Below are positions 36,046 to 50,794 of a stretch of DNA of 62,708 bases, piece by piece. Below the pieces are notes generated by a model. It was not told the origin of the DNA and did no database searches. It saw nothing but the letters and a program-made list of their open reading frames with translations. Each line of letters begins with the position of its first letter. The stretch's first letter is position 1. The position numbers were made by a program, and so were the translations under genes. This DNA is from Octopus bimaculoides. Its lineage: Eukaryota. The stretch lies in NCBI RefSeq assembly GCF_001194135.2, contig NC_068991.1, forward strand, positions 13,272,466-13,335,173, in the 5' to 3' direction.

Positions 36046-38248
36046 AACATATATACACACACATGCATATAGATACATACAAACATATACATACACACAC
36101 ACATATACATACACATATATACATACACATACATACATATACAGTAGTGGCTGTGTGGTGAGTAGCTTGCTTACCAACTACAAGGTTCTGTATTCAACCC
36201 TACTGCATAGCACGTAAAAAGCACCATTCGAGTGTGGTCCATGCCAGTGGCTGCCTGACTGGCCCATGTGCTGGTGGCATGTAAAAAGCACCCACTATGC
36301 TCTCAGAGTGGTTGGTGTCAGGAAGGCCATCCAGTTGTAGAAACCTTGCCAGATCAGATTGGAGCCCAGCGCAGTCTCCTGGCTTACCAGTCCTCAGTCA
36401 AATCGTCCAACCCATGCCAGTATGATATATATATATACACAAACACATATACATACACACATATATATACACACACACACATATACATATATACACACAC
36501 ATATATATATATATATATGCACGTGTATGGAAATAAGGTAAAACTTCAAATGATTAGTCACACTCAGGTCAAGAAAGAAGATGGAAAACCCAACTTTGAT
36601 TCTTGTGAATTTGGGTGGAAATTCCCTACTTGAATCTACTTAACCTCAAGGTAACAACCGAATCTCATTTAAATCACATCCTACCGTCCACGAGGGCAAA
36701 AGGATACGATTTTCACAACAGACAAAGAGTAGTCTTTCTCCATTTTACCAAACGGAAATCAATTAAAAAAAAAAAAAAATTCAAATTTCAATTTTATGCG
36801 GTTTAAACCCCTCCCAGTTTCAAGAGCGTTNNNNNNNNNNNNNNNNNNNNNNNNNNNNNNNNNNNNNNNNNNNNNNNNNNNNNNNNNNNNNNNNNNNNNN
36901 NNNNNNNNNNNNNNNNNNNNNNNNNNNNNNNNNNNNNNNNNNNNNNNNNNNNNNNNNNNNNNNNNNNNNNNNNNNNNNNNNNNNNNNNNNNNNNNNNNNN
37001 NNNNNNNNNNNNNNNNNNNNNNNNNNNNNNNNNNNNNNNNNNNNNNNNNNNNNNNNNNNNNCTAGCATGGGGACGATTTGACTGAGGACTGGTGAAACCA
37101 GATGGCTACACCAGGCTCCAATCTGATTTGGCAGAGTTTCTACAGCTGGATGCCCTTCCTAACGCCAACCACTCCGAGAGTGTAGTGGGTGCTTTTTACG
37201 TGCCACCGGCACGAAGGCTAGTCAGGAGGTACTGGCAACGGCCACGCTCAAAATGGTGCATTTTATGTGCCACCCGCACAAGAGCCAGTCCAGGAGCACT
37301 GGCAACGATCTTGCTCGAAAGTCCTTACACATGTCGCGGGCACAAGTGCCAGAAAGGCGACGCTGGGCACAGGTGCCATCACAATTTCGCTTTCGCTTGC
37401 CCCAATAAGTCTTTGCTAATAATCCCTTTTGGTATAGGCGCAAGGAATGAAGTTTTGAGGAAGAGAATGTGGTGGTGGTGGAGAATAATCGATCACATTG
37501 GCCCTAGTACTACTTAACTAATATTTTATTTTATCAACTCTGAAAAGATGAAATGCAAAGTTGACCGTGGCAGAATTTGAACTCAGAATGTTAAGAGGGA
37601 CGAAAAGCCACTAAGCATATAACAAGTTGTTCGACATGCTAGAAATAGCAGCCAAATCATAACTGGAATGAAGTTCTGGAAAATACAGAAAGACGAGGTA
37701 ATCAGGGATGGAATGTCTCTGACCTCAGGTCAACACAATGATGATCAAACAAGATGGACTGGCCATAATTGATGTCTTTAATTATTAGTCTGTTAGATCC
37801 ATGCTGGCCTGAAGCCAAAAAACCATCAAGAAGTGGTCAATATTCTATTGGTCCCACCTCTAGAAAGGTAAACAGAGTTTGAACACAGAACATCAAAAAG
37901 GACGTTCTCTCTCTCCCTTAAGTCTGCCAATACATAGCCTCTGTACACTCAATGAGGCATGCGACCTAGGGTTTTATAAGAAAATACTTTGAATTGATTT
38001 AAGCGGTTGCCTCCGCTCTGCCTTGATTTTTAAGATTCTTCCTTATCAGTGTTTATTTGCTGATATTTCTTTATTATTATTCCATCCCAACACTATTTTA
38101 CTCAGGTAAATCCTCTCCTTTAGCTGTTTTGATACTTTGTCATTGCACCTTTCCCCAATGTCTTACACCCTTGTGCTCGGCAAAAAGAAAGACAAAGATG
38201 GTCCGATGTGTTCAAACCAAACTTTTCATCCTTTTGGAGAATGATTAA

Positions 38249-38526
38249 CCCATTCCCTACCAGTGATCTCATATGAGATCACTTAAAAATTACAAATTTC
38301 GTAATTATCTGTCAATATTTACACATATCTAACCTTTTTGCTATATCTACTAGGTATATTTCTCTGATATTCAAATGAGGTTTGCTAATTTTTCACCCAA
38401 TATCTCGCTTATTTCTATTTAAAATGTTATTTTGATCATTCCAGCGTGTCTCTAAGGCTGTTTTATGCTAGAAATCAAAGTTTCTTAAAAAAAATTCCAG
38501 TTAATAGAATTATGGGAGGTAATGGG
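38249..38526. mobile_element. piggyBac-type MITE (third family) with an internal 22-bp perfect palindrome
   Basis: TTAA flanks; TIRs cccattccctacc / rc cccattacctccc; agtgatctcatatgagatcact at 38262-38283. Confidence 0.8.
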
Positions 38527-40155
38527 TTAAATTAAAGTACCTGTCATGTACTGAAGTTGATGTTAACGACTAACCTCTCATCTCAAAATTGCTGGCATTG
38601 TGCTGAAATTTGAAAATTACAATTAGCAATCATTTTTCAGTGATGGGTTGACAGAATCGTAAGACCATCGGGACAAAATGGCGAGTGGCATTTACTGACA
38701 GCTCTCAATCCTCTGATTGCAAATCCCACCTTGGTTAAACTTGCTTGTCATCTTTCTGGGGTCAACGATACAAAGCCTCTGTCAAATGTTGAAATCGATA
38801 TAATCGACCAACTCTTTACCCCGAATTTCATTGCCCTTGTGTATATCTTAGAGATGATGCTGACTAGACAAGTATTGGGATCAATTAAATCAGCTATAAT
38901 CTCGTTCGAACACCCAAATTTTTGAAACGGATCTCGTTAAATTTCTTTCTAACTACTTTTTCAAAATATCAATCTGTGGGGGCTCATTAAGTGTTTTAAA
39001 AAGGTTGTGGATCTTTTCAGATTGGCTGCACTTGTAGAAATTTAAAAAATTTGCTGTATGGATGAAGTTTTCCATGCTGAATTCTTGGGAGATAATTCAC
39101 TTTTCCCAGAAAATTAAAAATATTAAAAAAAAAAGTTACAGAGGTTTAAAGTTTGATCATTTTTACCCAGTCAGAAAACAGAAAACATCCAAGTTCGTGA
39201 GTTCGAAAAATGCTTACATCCACAAAGGCTGACTTCAAGTTAAATGCTTTTAATAACTTGTTGGGCCTGCCTCAAGCAAGGAAATACATGGTGTTGTTTC
39301 GGCACTAGTTTCATCCATTTTGTTTTTTTTTTAAAGGATATTATGCATTATGATATAACTGAAGGACTACTTGGCTCTTACTTCTAGCAGGTCGAAATAC
39401 TGTGTAAGGTTTTATGTGAGCTGTTCCCATGGGTACAAGCAGTTACGACTTCCAGTCTGACTGCCTAAAAATTAGTTAAATTCAAATGATTGTGAATTAT
39501 TAATTTCTACATATATATAAAAAGAATGTGATTTTTTGTTGTCAGCATTATATATACATATATATATTTGTGTGTTGTGTCTATGTTAGTCCCGTCCCTG
39601 CCAGCATTGCTTGACAACTGATGTTGGTGTGTTTATGTCCCCGTAACTTAGCAGTTCAGCAAAAGGGTCTGATAGAATGAGTTCTAAGCTTACAAAGAAT
39701 AAGTTCTGGGGTTGATTTATTTGACTAAAAACCCCTTTAAGGTGGTGCCCCAGCATGGCCGCAGTCAAATGACTGAAACAAATAAAAGAATAAAAGAAAG
39801 CAATCAAAACTAGTTTTTAGAAAATAATCCAGTGAAAATCTGAACCCCTTTCCCTCCAAAAACTAAGTGGTTTGCAGAAATTTAACAAGATCTTTGTATA
39901 TACCATCTGCACTAACTGCTACTAAATAACACCCGTTTCTAATTATGTTGTGTATGGATTCCAACAGGGTCAACTTAGCCTTTGTAACTTCCAGGGTCCG
40001 TAGAAGAGAGTAAAGTACCAGTGTCGAAACTGAGTTTCATTTAATTGATGACACCCTTCTCTTACTAACTGTGGTATTGATGTGTGTGCGAGAGCTTTTC
40101 ATTCCTCCACGGCTGATTAAAGTAACGTTAGCAGTCAAGTCCTGGGGTAATTTCT

Positions 40156-40389
40156 TATTTCTTTACTGTCCACAAGGGGCTACACACAGAGGGGACAAAC
40201 AAGAACAGACAAACAGATTAAGTCGATTATATCGACGCCAGTGCGTAACTGGGACTTATTTAATTGACCCCGAAAGGATGAAAGGTTAAGTCGACCTCGG
40301 CGGAATTTGAACTCAAGAACGTAGAGGCAGACGAAATATCGCTAACATTTCACCCCGCATGCTAACGTTTCTGCCAGGTCGCTGCCTTA
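40156..40389 (-). mobile_element. SINE family B with a 14-bp TSD
   Basis: CTGGGGTAATTTCT at 40142-40155 and 40390-40403. Confidence 0.9.
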
Positions 40390-42237
40390 CTGGGGTAATT
40401 TCTGGCCACTGGGTGTATATTAGATATTACAACAACAACTATTACTACTTACTACTGAAGGTATATTATTTCGATACGGTATCGGGTTCAAGTTAAGTCA
40501 TGCTTGGCTTTGTTTTTCACCCACTTCCTAGCAGGAGTGGCTGCGTGGTAAGTAGCTTGCTTACCAACCACATGGTTCCGGGTTCAGTCCCACTGCGTGA
40601 CACCTTGGGCAAGTGTCTTCTACTATAGCCTAAGGCCGACCAAAGCCTTGTGAGTGGATCTGGTAGATGGAAACTGAAAGAAGCCCGTCGTATATATATG
40701 TGTGTGTGTGTGTCTGTGTTTGTTCCCCTAATATCGCTTGACAACCGATGTTGCTGTGTTTACGTCCCCGTAACNNNNNNNNNNNNNNNNNNNNNNNNNN
40801 NNNNNNNNNNNNNNNNNNNNNNNNNNNNNNNNNNNNNNNNNNNNNNNNNNNNNNNNNNNNNNNNNNNNNNNNNNNNNNNNNNNNNNNNNNNNNNNNNNNN
40901 NNNNNNNNNNNNNNNNNNNNNNNNNNNNNNNNNNNNNNNNNNNNNNNNNNNNNNNNNNNNNNNNNNNNNNNNNNNNNNNNNNNNNNNNNNNNNNNNNNNN
41001 NNNNNNNNNNNNNNNNNNNNNNNNNNNNNNNNNNNNNNNNNNNNNNNNNNNNNNNNNNNNNNNNNNNNNNNNNNNNNNNNNNNNNNNNNNNNNNNNNNNN
41101 NNNNNNNNNNNNNNNNNNNNNNNNNNNNNNNNNNNNNNNNNNNNNNNNNNNNNNNNNNNNNNNNNNNNNNNNNNNNNNNNNNNNNNNNNNNNNNNNNNNN
41201 NNNNNNNNNNNNNNNNNNNNNNNNNNNNNNNNNNNNNNNNNNNNNNNNNNNNNNNNNNNNNNNNNNNNNNNNNNNNNNNNNNNNNNNNNNNNNNNNNNNN
41301 NNNNNNNNNNNNNNNNNNNNNNNNNNNNNNNNNNNNNNNNNNNNNNNNNNNNNNNNNNNNNNNNNNNNNNNNNNNNNNNNNNNNNNNNNNNNNNNNNNNN
41401 NNNNNNNNNNNNNNNNNNNNNNNNNNAAAAAAAAAAAAAATTTTTCCCCAAAAAATCCGGTAAGGTGGTAAATATTTACCGCAACAAATTCAAAGTCCTA
41501 GATCCATCGACACATTTGGGCCGTCTTAGGCTGTCTGTCTTTATTGGATTAAATAAATTTTAATTATCGTTTGAGGTACGCAGTGTGTGTTCAAAAATTG
41601 AAATAGCTATTATTGATTTTTAACACTGGCAACAGGCTTCAGAATAAGTAATTAAATCGACCTTAGGTCGGTAGCTAATTCGTTTTAATGACCCAATAAG
41701 TTCAGACTGAATTCAGAACAGTAAGTCGCTTTGTTCGACGCCCTTTACTTATCTGCTAATCCGCTGCCCTAATGGTTGCTATTCCGGAACAGAACAGGAA
41801 GCCAAAATATTTGTCCAATTAAATCGGAGATATGAAGCTATGCGAGTGTTTTAGTGCATTTCCATACAATTTTAATACTGAAAACATTTTTGGTTAAACA
41901 TTAACCCACTTTTCTATAGAGTATAAGCAATCATAATACGAACTCCTTTGAAATAAAAGACAAAACGAAGGAGCCATCCACCGTACTCACTTTACGTGGT
42001 CGATAAAACATGCTAAAAACAGTAGCCGAAACACAGTCAAATCGCACCCTACAACATTTACATGATACACACGGACACACAGCTTAATCAAAAGATATTC
42101 CAAACATAAAATTTTTTTCTATACATTATGTACCCCTTCATCAGCTATTTCCGTACCCTTTTCTTATCCAAGAGGGATTGGAGCTTCAGGGATAAGCTAT
42201 TCCAAAACTGCTCCCACCCAACCCCTCTATGTCTATC

Positions 42238-42311
<74 letters not shown>

Positions 42312-42555
42312 TGTGTGTGTGCGTGCGTGGTAATCCTTCGTTTTCACTCGACGAAACCAAAACAACAAGCGACTTTTTGTTTTGGTTTTTGATTACTAAT
42401 CCCATCGAAGGATTATGTTATAATAAACAATTTCGGATTAAACTGTACCCGATTTCTCAATACTTAGGGTAGAATACAAATTTATTCTTTAACAAGAATA
42501 GTATTGACAGTGACTACATAGGACTCAATAATAATAATAATAAAAGAGTAAAATT

Positions 42556-42680
42556 GATAATTTTTCAGATTAACACCCGCACGATTACCTAACCCTAACA
42601 CCGTAACCGTAATACTAATCCTAACCCTAACCGTAACCCTAACACCCTAGTGAAAATCGTGCGGGTGTTAAAAAATTACC
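42556..42680. mobile_element. 125-bp Merlin-like MITE filled with telomere-like (TAACCC/TAACCG) repeats
   Basis: 8-bp TSD GTAAAATT (42548-42555, 42681-42688); TIRs share taacacccgcacgatt; the right end reads GGTAA inward. Confidence 0.75.
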
Positions 42681-42775
42681 GTAAAATTGATTAATTTATT
42701 AACAAATCAATTAATAATTAATAATTTTGCCAAGTAGTTCGGTACGTTAAAATAACCTTTTTAGGTAAAATTATA

Positions 42776-42951
42776 CAAATATTCTATAATTATAAACATA
42801 ATTATAATCAGGGGTCAGCTAATTGCTGTTACTGTCTGGGAGATCTCTATGGTAGCAGAAAGGGCATTTTAACCCCTATTTCTAAATTCGGTGGGTGGCG
42901 AAGCAATTAGCTGACCTCTGATTATAATTGTTTATAATTACAGAATATTTG
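42776..42951. repeat. Foldback/MITE with ~50-bp inverted arms
   Basis: caaatattctataattataaacataattataatcaggggtcagctaattgct pairs with agcaattagctgacctctgattataattgtttataattacagaatatttg. Confidence 0.85.
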
Positions 42952-42953
42952 TG

Positions 42954-42991
<38 letters not shown>

Positions 42992-43560
42992 TACACGTGT
43001 ATAAAGAATGAAGTACAAAGCGGATAATGCAGGCTTAGATATACGAAATCTGAGGATTTAGGGGGGAAAAAGTATAAGAGATGGTCATAAATGGAGCATC
43101 TTTTATTGTAGGTCTGCTTGGTACGGATCGACAGTGAACGCAAGAACATTAACAAATAAAACATATACAAATATAAACAAATTTTGTCTATACATTTCAT
43201 CAAAATATATCTTGTCGTACTAACGATTATAAATTAAACGTATTACACACACACAAATATGTGTGTATATATATATATATTAATAAATCATAGGGCAGCA
43301 AAACAATTTTAGAAATTTTATTTACCACCAGTGGTCCAGCGAGAATAAAAATTAGTCAATAGACTATATGGTAGAGATGGACTATATGTAATCTGAACCT
43401 TTCCCCCCCTTATTTATTAATCTTTTTTTACGGAATCCCACGTTTTAGGCTTTGGAGATTACGATTCTGAAAAAAAAATTTTTGAAAAATTTCAATTCCT
43501 CCCCCCCACCAAGCAGGCTATTTACATGCTAGAAATAACAGCCAAATCTCACAAAACTAG

Positions 43561-43613
43561 TGTTAGGGTTAGGTTTAGGGTTAGGGTTAGGGTCAGGGTT
43601 TGAGTTAGGGTTA
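43561..43613 (+). repeat. Degenerate interstitial (TTAGGG)n array, truncated by a gap
   Basis: gttagggttaggtttagggttagggttagggtcagggtttgagttagggtta. Confidence 0.85.
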
Positions 43614-44125
43614 NNNNNNNNNNNNNNNNNNNNNNNNNNNNNNNNNNNNNNNNNNNNNNNNNNNNNNNNNNNNNNNNNNNNNNNNNNNNNNNNNNNNNNN
43701 NNNNNNNNNNNNNNNNNNNNNNNNNNNNNNNNNNNNNNNNNNNNNNNNNNNNNNNNNNNNNNNNNNNNNNNNNNNNNNNNNNNNNNNNNNNNNNNNNNNN
43801 NNNNNNNNNNNNNNNNNNNNNNNNNNNNNNNNNNNNNNNNNNNNNNNNNNNNNNNNNNNNNNNNNNNNNNNNNNNNNNNNNNNNNNNNNNNNNNNNNNNN
43901 NNNNNNNNNNNNNNNNNNNNNNNNNNNNNNNNNNNNNNNNNNNNNNNNNNNNNNNNNNNNNNNNNNNNNNNNNNNNNNNNNNNNNNNNNNNNNNNNNNNN
44001 NNNNNNNNNNNNNNNNNNNNNNNNNNNNNNNNNNNNNNNNNNNNNNNNNNNNNNNNNNNNNNNNNNNNNNNNNNNNNNNNNNNNNNNNNNNNNNNNNNNN
44101 NNNNNNNNNNNNNNNNNNNNNNNNN

Positions 44126-44156
<31 letters not shown>

Positions 44157-47043
44157 ACAGAATATTCATACGAGGTATGGGACAATAAAAAAAATGTAAG
44201 GAAAGTAAGCGAAAACTTGCCTGGCTTTTTCACACGGAAGAAAGCAACGGCCGTATTTTTACACATCTGCATTCGGCTTACTACGTCGTTGCCAATTGAA
44301 CGAGAGAAAGAGACACAATATATGAATGAATATCTTAGCTAAACAAGCGTACAGGCCGTACGAAGACGGAAAACTGAATGAGTGGGATATAATCAAACAA
44401 GCTTGAATGAAACATCAGCAGTTGCGTGCGCAGCAGCAGCAAAAACCAATGAGAGAGGGGGAATCAAACAAGTACACATATATATATGGGTAGTAGGAAG
44501 AGGAGGACTGAACGAACAAGCACAGACAAATAGTTTTATCGCCGCCCACACACAAAACAAAGACCGGCTCATAACCCGGTCGCTTGACGTGCTAGAAACA
44601 GCAGTTGAATTTTCATCAAATGGTGTCTTGAGGAAAAGTAATTTTCTTTTTTTTTTTTTTATGTTTGAGTCAGGAGAATGATAGTGCCTGTGACCCTCAA
44701 AAAGCATCTAAAATTGATGGGACAGAGGTATAATCTATAAACTATGGTAAGACGCTTGCTTCCCAACTACAAGGTTTCGGGTTCAGTCCCATTGCGTAGT
44801 ACCTAAGGTTGTCAACTCACCGTCCCGGGTCGACCAAAGCCTTATGGGTGGATTTAGAAGACGGAAATTGAANNNNNNNNNNNNNNNNNNNNNNNNNNNN
44901 NNNNNNNNNNNNNNNNNNNNNNNNNNNNNNNNNNNNNNNNNNNNNNNNNNNNNNNNNNNNNNNNNNNNNNNNNNNNNNNNNNNNNNNNNNNNNNNNNNNN
45001 NNNNNNNNNNNNNNNNNNNNNNNNNNNNNNNNNNNNNNNNNNNNNNNNNNNNNNNNNNNNNNNNNNNNNNNNNNNNNNNNNNNNNNNNNNNNNNNNNNNN
45101 NNNNNNNNNNNNNNNNNNNNNNNNNNNNNNNNNNNNNNNNNNNNNNNNNNNNNNNNNNNNNNNNNNNNNNNNNNNNNNNNNNNNNNNNNNNNNNNNNNNN
45201 NNNNNNNNNNNNNNNNNNNNNNNNNNNNNNNNNNNNNNNNNNNNNNNNNNNNNNNNNNNNNNNNNNNNNNNNNNNNNNNNNNNNNNNNNNNNNNNNNNNN
45301 NNNNNNNNNNNNNNNNNNNNNNNNNNNNNNNNNNNNNNNNNNNNNNNNNNNNNNNNNNNNNNNNNNNNNNNNNNNNNNNNNNNNNNNNNNNNNNNNNNNN
45401 NNNNNNNNNNNNNNNNNNNNNNNNNNNNNNNNNNNNNNNNNNNNNNNNNNNNNNNNNNNNNNCGCGTATACATCGGGCTTCTTTCACTTTCCGTCTACCA
45501 AATCCACTCACAAGGTTTTTGTCGACTCGAAGCTATAGTTGAAGATACTTGCCGAAGGTACCATACAATGGGGCCGACACTTATCCTCTTTGTTTTTTTT
45601 TGCCCCTGAAAGGACGAAAGACGAAGTTGGTAACCTCGGTGAAATTTGAACTTAGAACACAGTGAAAAAAATCGGGACATATAGCACGAAGCTTGTTTCA
45701 ATGACTTGAGTTAGGACTGAACACACTGGTTAATGTAGTCCTACACACAAATGACACGATTTACAGACGGATACACCGTCTTAACAAAGAACAATATGAC
45801 ATGTCACAACCAGAACGTCTTTAACATTATGCCTGCTCAGAGACGATATTCAACAACAGCTGGCTTGAAATAGCTCCCAAATTTCCCTCAAAAGACACCC
45901 AACCATCTTAAAAAGAGAAATTAGAGTTTGGAACATAGGTTTGATAATTAAAATTTCTATTTAATTTGCAAAATACTATTACTACTTACGGTGGGGTATA
46001 ACAATTTTAATGTTCTTAGCTTTTGGTCACAACTGTATATACACTATACTTGAAATTACACCAGGATGGTCACAGATGGAACGTCTGTAATCTTAGGACT
46101 GCTCAGTCAGAGCTGACACGGTGCTGAACACTCTGCTAGAAACAGCAGCCAAGTTACCCTCAAACAGTACCTGAATACTACAAAGAAGACACATTGACTA
46201 TATTGTATAAAGTACTATTCTATACTTGAAATGAAGGTGAGATGGTCATGGCAAGAACCTCCTTCAGCAAGAGTTTGTCTGATGAGGGCTGGTATGTGAC
46301 TAAACAACAAAACAAACAAATTTAAGAAACATTAGCATTAACACAAGGATATCTAACAAACGATCATAGCTAAATAATCTGGTCTTTTGCTTCTTGTTGT
46401 ATATATAAATATTTTAAATATGTGTTTTATCTTTCCATCAATCTAGCAATCACACCTACATATCAAGGTATATATCAACCGAATATATATGTCTACGTAT
46501 CTATCTATACAGCCATGTAACGTACCTGCCAATTATATATCTATTCGTCTTTCTAGACATTTGTGTACGTCTCTTAACTATGAGGGAATTGTACATATCT
46601 CCTTATAACAGATTACCATGTACGTACATGCATAGGCAGGTACATATGAAAAGAGAGAGAGAAAGTGTCACAAACACAACTATTAATTTATATCTATACA
46701 GTCTTTATAATCTCACTGTGTGTGTGTGTGTGTGTGGGTGTAAATGTATATACACACACACACACATTTAGGTTCCTACTTGTAGGTCAGTTTGCCGATA
46801 TATCTAACCAATATAGTTATTTAATCATGAATATATATTCTATGTTTATGTAGTCTTATATACTTGAATGTGTGTGTGTGTGTGTGTGTGTCTAACCAAT
46901 CTGTCTATCCACTCAACCTTGTATATACCCAGCAATCTACACATACGTGCACAGCATCATTATCAAAAATTCGTTTTAATGTCCACATATCTATATCTGC
47001 CTCTATCTCTGATGCAAACATATATGCATGTATGTGTGTGTAC

Positions 47044-47088
<45 letters not shown>

Positions 47089-48558
47089 NNNNNNNNNNAC
47101 ACACACAAAGAAGATCCATCAAGCCAAGTGAAATCGTAGTCATGGCAGATAAATGGTATCCTGCAACTGGCATGTAAAAGTACCCATTACACTCTTGGAG
47201 TGGTTGGTGTTAGGAAGGGCATCTAGCCATAGAAACCATGCCAAATCAGACTGGAGTCTGGTGCAGCCCCTCAGCTTACCAGCCCTGGTCAAACTATCCA
47301 ACACTTGCCATCATGGACAACAGATGCTAAATGATGATGATGATGTGGGAACAACAATGGAATTTATAGGGAAACCAAAAATACACACATAGATGCAGAT
47401 AAGCTCAACCCCTCATCAGGTGTCAATGAAATATCATCACAGTTTTGTCACTTTCAACAATATTGTTCAATTTGGTAGTGTAATGTAATATTGATATATA
47501 TCAGCACTGGTATGTGGTTTTGGATTAAGTTTAACTGTGTGGTCCTTTGGTATCTGTTACTTATAATGTCATGTGAAGGAATTTGGTGGATGTTAACTTC
47601 AAGAAACGCTTTGCATGCATATGTATGTGTGCATTCACATGTGGTGATTTAGCCATGTTTGGTGTAGCCTATGCCCTCAGTACTAGACCATAACAGTATA
47701 AACACTGACATTCCTTGTTGACATTATAACTGATTATTCTGCACTTTATACACTCCTAGAATAAAAGATATCCCATCCTTCACTTATAAAACAGATAGGG
47801 GTTGGTGGCAGGAAGAGCATGTGGTTGTAAAATCCAAACTCAAAATAAAGCTCTTGGGACATTAAATTATCTATGGACCTTTTGTTTACTACTTTATTCT
47901 GGTGCTCCACCTCCATAGTAATTCAATGTTTAACAGAAATTTTATAGATACTTCTTTTAAAATTCCTATTTGAATAACAAGTTCTATGCAAGATACTAAA
48001 TTGTTGATTCCATGAGATTATTCCTCTTACCAAATGCCGCTAAGTCATTGTTTACTTTCCCTCAAAGAGAAAATAATTTCAATTAATCAAAAATTTATGC
48101 TGCTTGTAATTTAGTATACCTTCACACACAATATATGCAGAAATATAATAGGCAGAAACAAGAAAGAAAGAGAGAGAAGAAGGAGAGAGAGCATTTTGCA
48201 AATGTACAACTTGCTGAAGGACTCGCTCACAGAGGCAGCTGCAGGTGACCTCTGACAGATGCGTAGAAGAGCATTGCTCTTCTTTCAAACACACAACTGT
48301 CATATACAACAGGGTTAAATATGTAAGGCGAATTTCCTATATAAATATTTATCTATGTCAGTATGACTTCTGTTCATCCAGTAAGTTAGATTTTGTAGGC
48401 AAGCTGATGATACTCTTTGCAAGCATTACACACACACACATATTTATATATACATGCAAACACAGAGCACATACATGGAATTCCAGAATAGTGTGTATTT
48501 ACATAATACAAACAAATTTAATACAGTGTATGCTCATACACATTTGTATGCACATGTA

Positions 48559-48589
<31 letters not shown>

Positions 48590-48750
48590 TATATATTATA
48601 TATTCCATATTCTATATCCCACATTGGTTTTGCAGGAATATAAATAAAACATAAAAAACAGACAGGGCTGGAACTCTTTTAAACAAAATAATATATTCCT
48701 CTATACACAATCATACAACCCCCCCCTTTTTTAAATTTATTTTTACTCGC

Positions 48751-48784
<34 letters not shown>

Positions 48785-49426
48785 ATGTATGTATGTACAC
48801 ATGGGTATATAAGGTTTCATCTTTTTTATCTTCTCGATGCATGAAGAATGTACAAAGCAAGAAGGAATCTTGAAGTAGTGACATTGGTAGATCAGCAACT
48901 TTCAAGGAATAAACACTAATACAAACATATTCTTAGTGATCTCTCCTGTTTGCAGATACAAACGCATACACATTGTTGTACGCACACATGTATATCTGTT
49001 ATCTTTTGCTTGCTTCAGTCATCGGTCCGTGGCCATGCCGGAGCACCACCTCGAAGGGTTTAGTCAAACAAATCAACCTTAGTACTTGCTTTTTTTTTTG
49101 GAGTCTGTTACTTATTATTCTGCTGGTCTCCTAATTCCAAACCGCCAAGCTGTGGGGATGTAAACAAACCAGCATCGGTTGCCAAACAGTGGTGGTAGTG
49201 CTAGTGGCAGTGGTTGGACGGAGACACACACATACAATGACACACACCTAAGAGTGTGGTTTTTTATTTAGCTTCTGTCAACAATATCTGCTCACAAGGC
49301 TTTGGAAGGCACAGAACTGTAGTTTAAGACACTTACCCAAGGTGCCACAGTGGGACTGAACCTGAAACCTTGTGGCTGGGAAGTGAACTTCTTAAACACA
49401 CAGACATGCCTGTGTCATTTATATAT

Positions 49427-49457
<31 letters not shown>

Positions 49458-49539
49458 CACACACACACAGATCACAGTATTCATGATATTGACCAGACTA
49501 GCACATGTAGTTATACATCACTGGTCACAATGCGCTTTG

Positions 49540-49765
49540 CATTGTTTCAACCTTCAAATGATGCCACCCTGCTGGCTAGGCAAACAGGCCAACATACCCC
49601 ATGACTGGCAGACTCCCTGATAGGCTCCCATTACAACTGAGTGAACTGGAGCAATGTGAAATGAAGTGCTTTGCTCAAGAACACAATGTACTACCTGGTC
49701 CAGGAATGGAACTCACGATCTAACAATCTTGAGTGCAACACCTAATCACTAGGCCATACATCTTC
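49540..49765 (-). mobile_element. tRNA-derived SINE (family D) with a CORE-like segment
   Basis: Minus strand tggcctagtgattaggtg...gagttccattcc...gttcttgagcaaagcacttcatttcacattgctccagttcactcag. Confidence 0.6.
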
Positions 49766-50794
49766 ACACACGCACATGATAATGGATTCTCCCTTTGGAA
49801 TGATGTATGACTGTTCAGTCGGTCGAACTACTGAATATCCTCCCCAATGAATTATCTTACATGTAGGTGAGTTTCTACAGATAGGAACACCCTGAATGTA
49901 ATTCTCAAACTGAAACAGTGTAATACTAATAAAATACATCAGACGACTTTCTAAACAACTTCCATCAACTCAATTCCCTGGCAAGGCTTGGATCAATCTG
50001 GGACACGATAAAAAATACTCTTGCCAATGAAACCATGCAACGGGACTGAACCCGAGAAAAAATTGATGGTGAAAGCAATGTCTTAATTGCACAACAATCT
50101 CTGTATTCCACCGCAGAATGAGTTTATATGGGTGTGGATGTGCATGAACTTGTCTGGTTATGTAAATATGCCTTTGTATCCGCTGAAGCAGAAATTTGTT
50201 AAAATATAACTACTAGTGTTGATATTATTGAGCAAAACACACAAAGGTGGATAGCCTGCATCCAATAACTGTAAACCAGTGAAAGAATTAAGACACACAC
50301 ACACACACAGACACATCTGTTTATCAAACCAACCATCTGCTTCTCTATCTAATGTGTGTGTGTGTGTCTGTGTGAGTACATGCTAGGTAAAATTATGTAC
50401 CCCACACCCAAAAGTTTTATGCAACTGCCATTGAGTGAAATCTTTAGGTATAGATTTTTAATCTAACTTAGTTTGGGTGAAACATGAATTGTCTTTTCAG
50501 GTGCCGGTACCACGTAAAAAGCACCTGTGTTAGTGCTGCGTAAATGCACCTGTAGTGTTGCTGTGTAAGTGTACCTGTGCTAGTAGCATGTAAAATGTGC
50601 CTAGCATACTCTTAAGTGATCGGCGTTAGGAAGGGCATCCAGTCATGGAAACCATGCCACAACAGAGAATTGGAGCCTGGACAACCAGCTAGTTCAGCTC
50701 CATGTCAAACTGTCCAACCCATGCCAATATGGAAAACGGAAGTTACATGATGAAGGAGATGACACACATGCATGATGGATGTTTTTCAGTTTCC

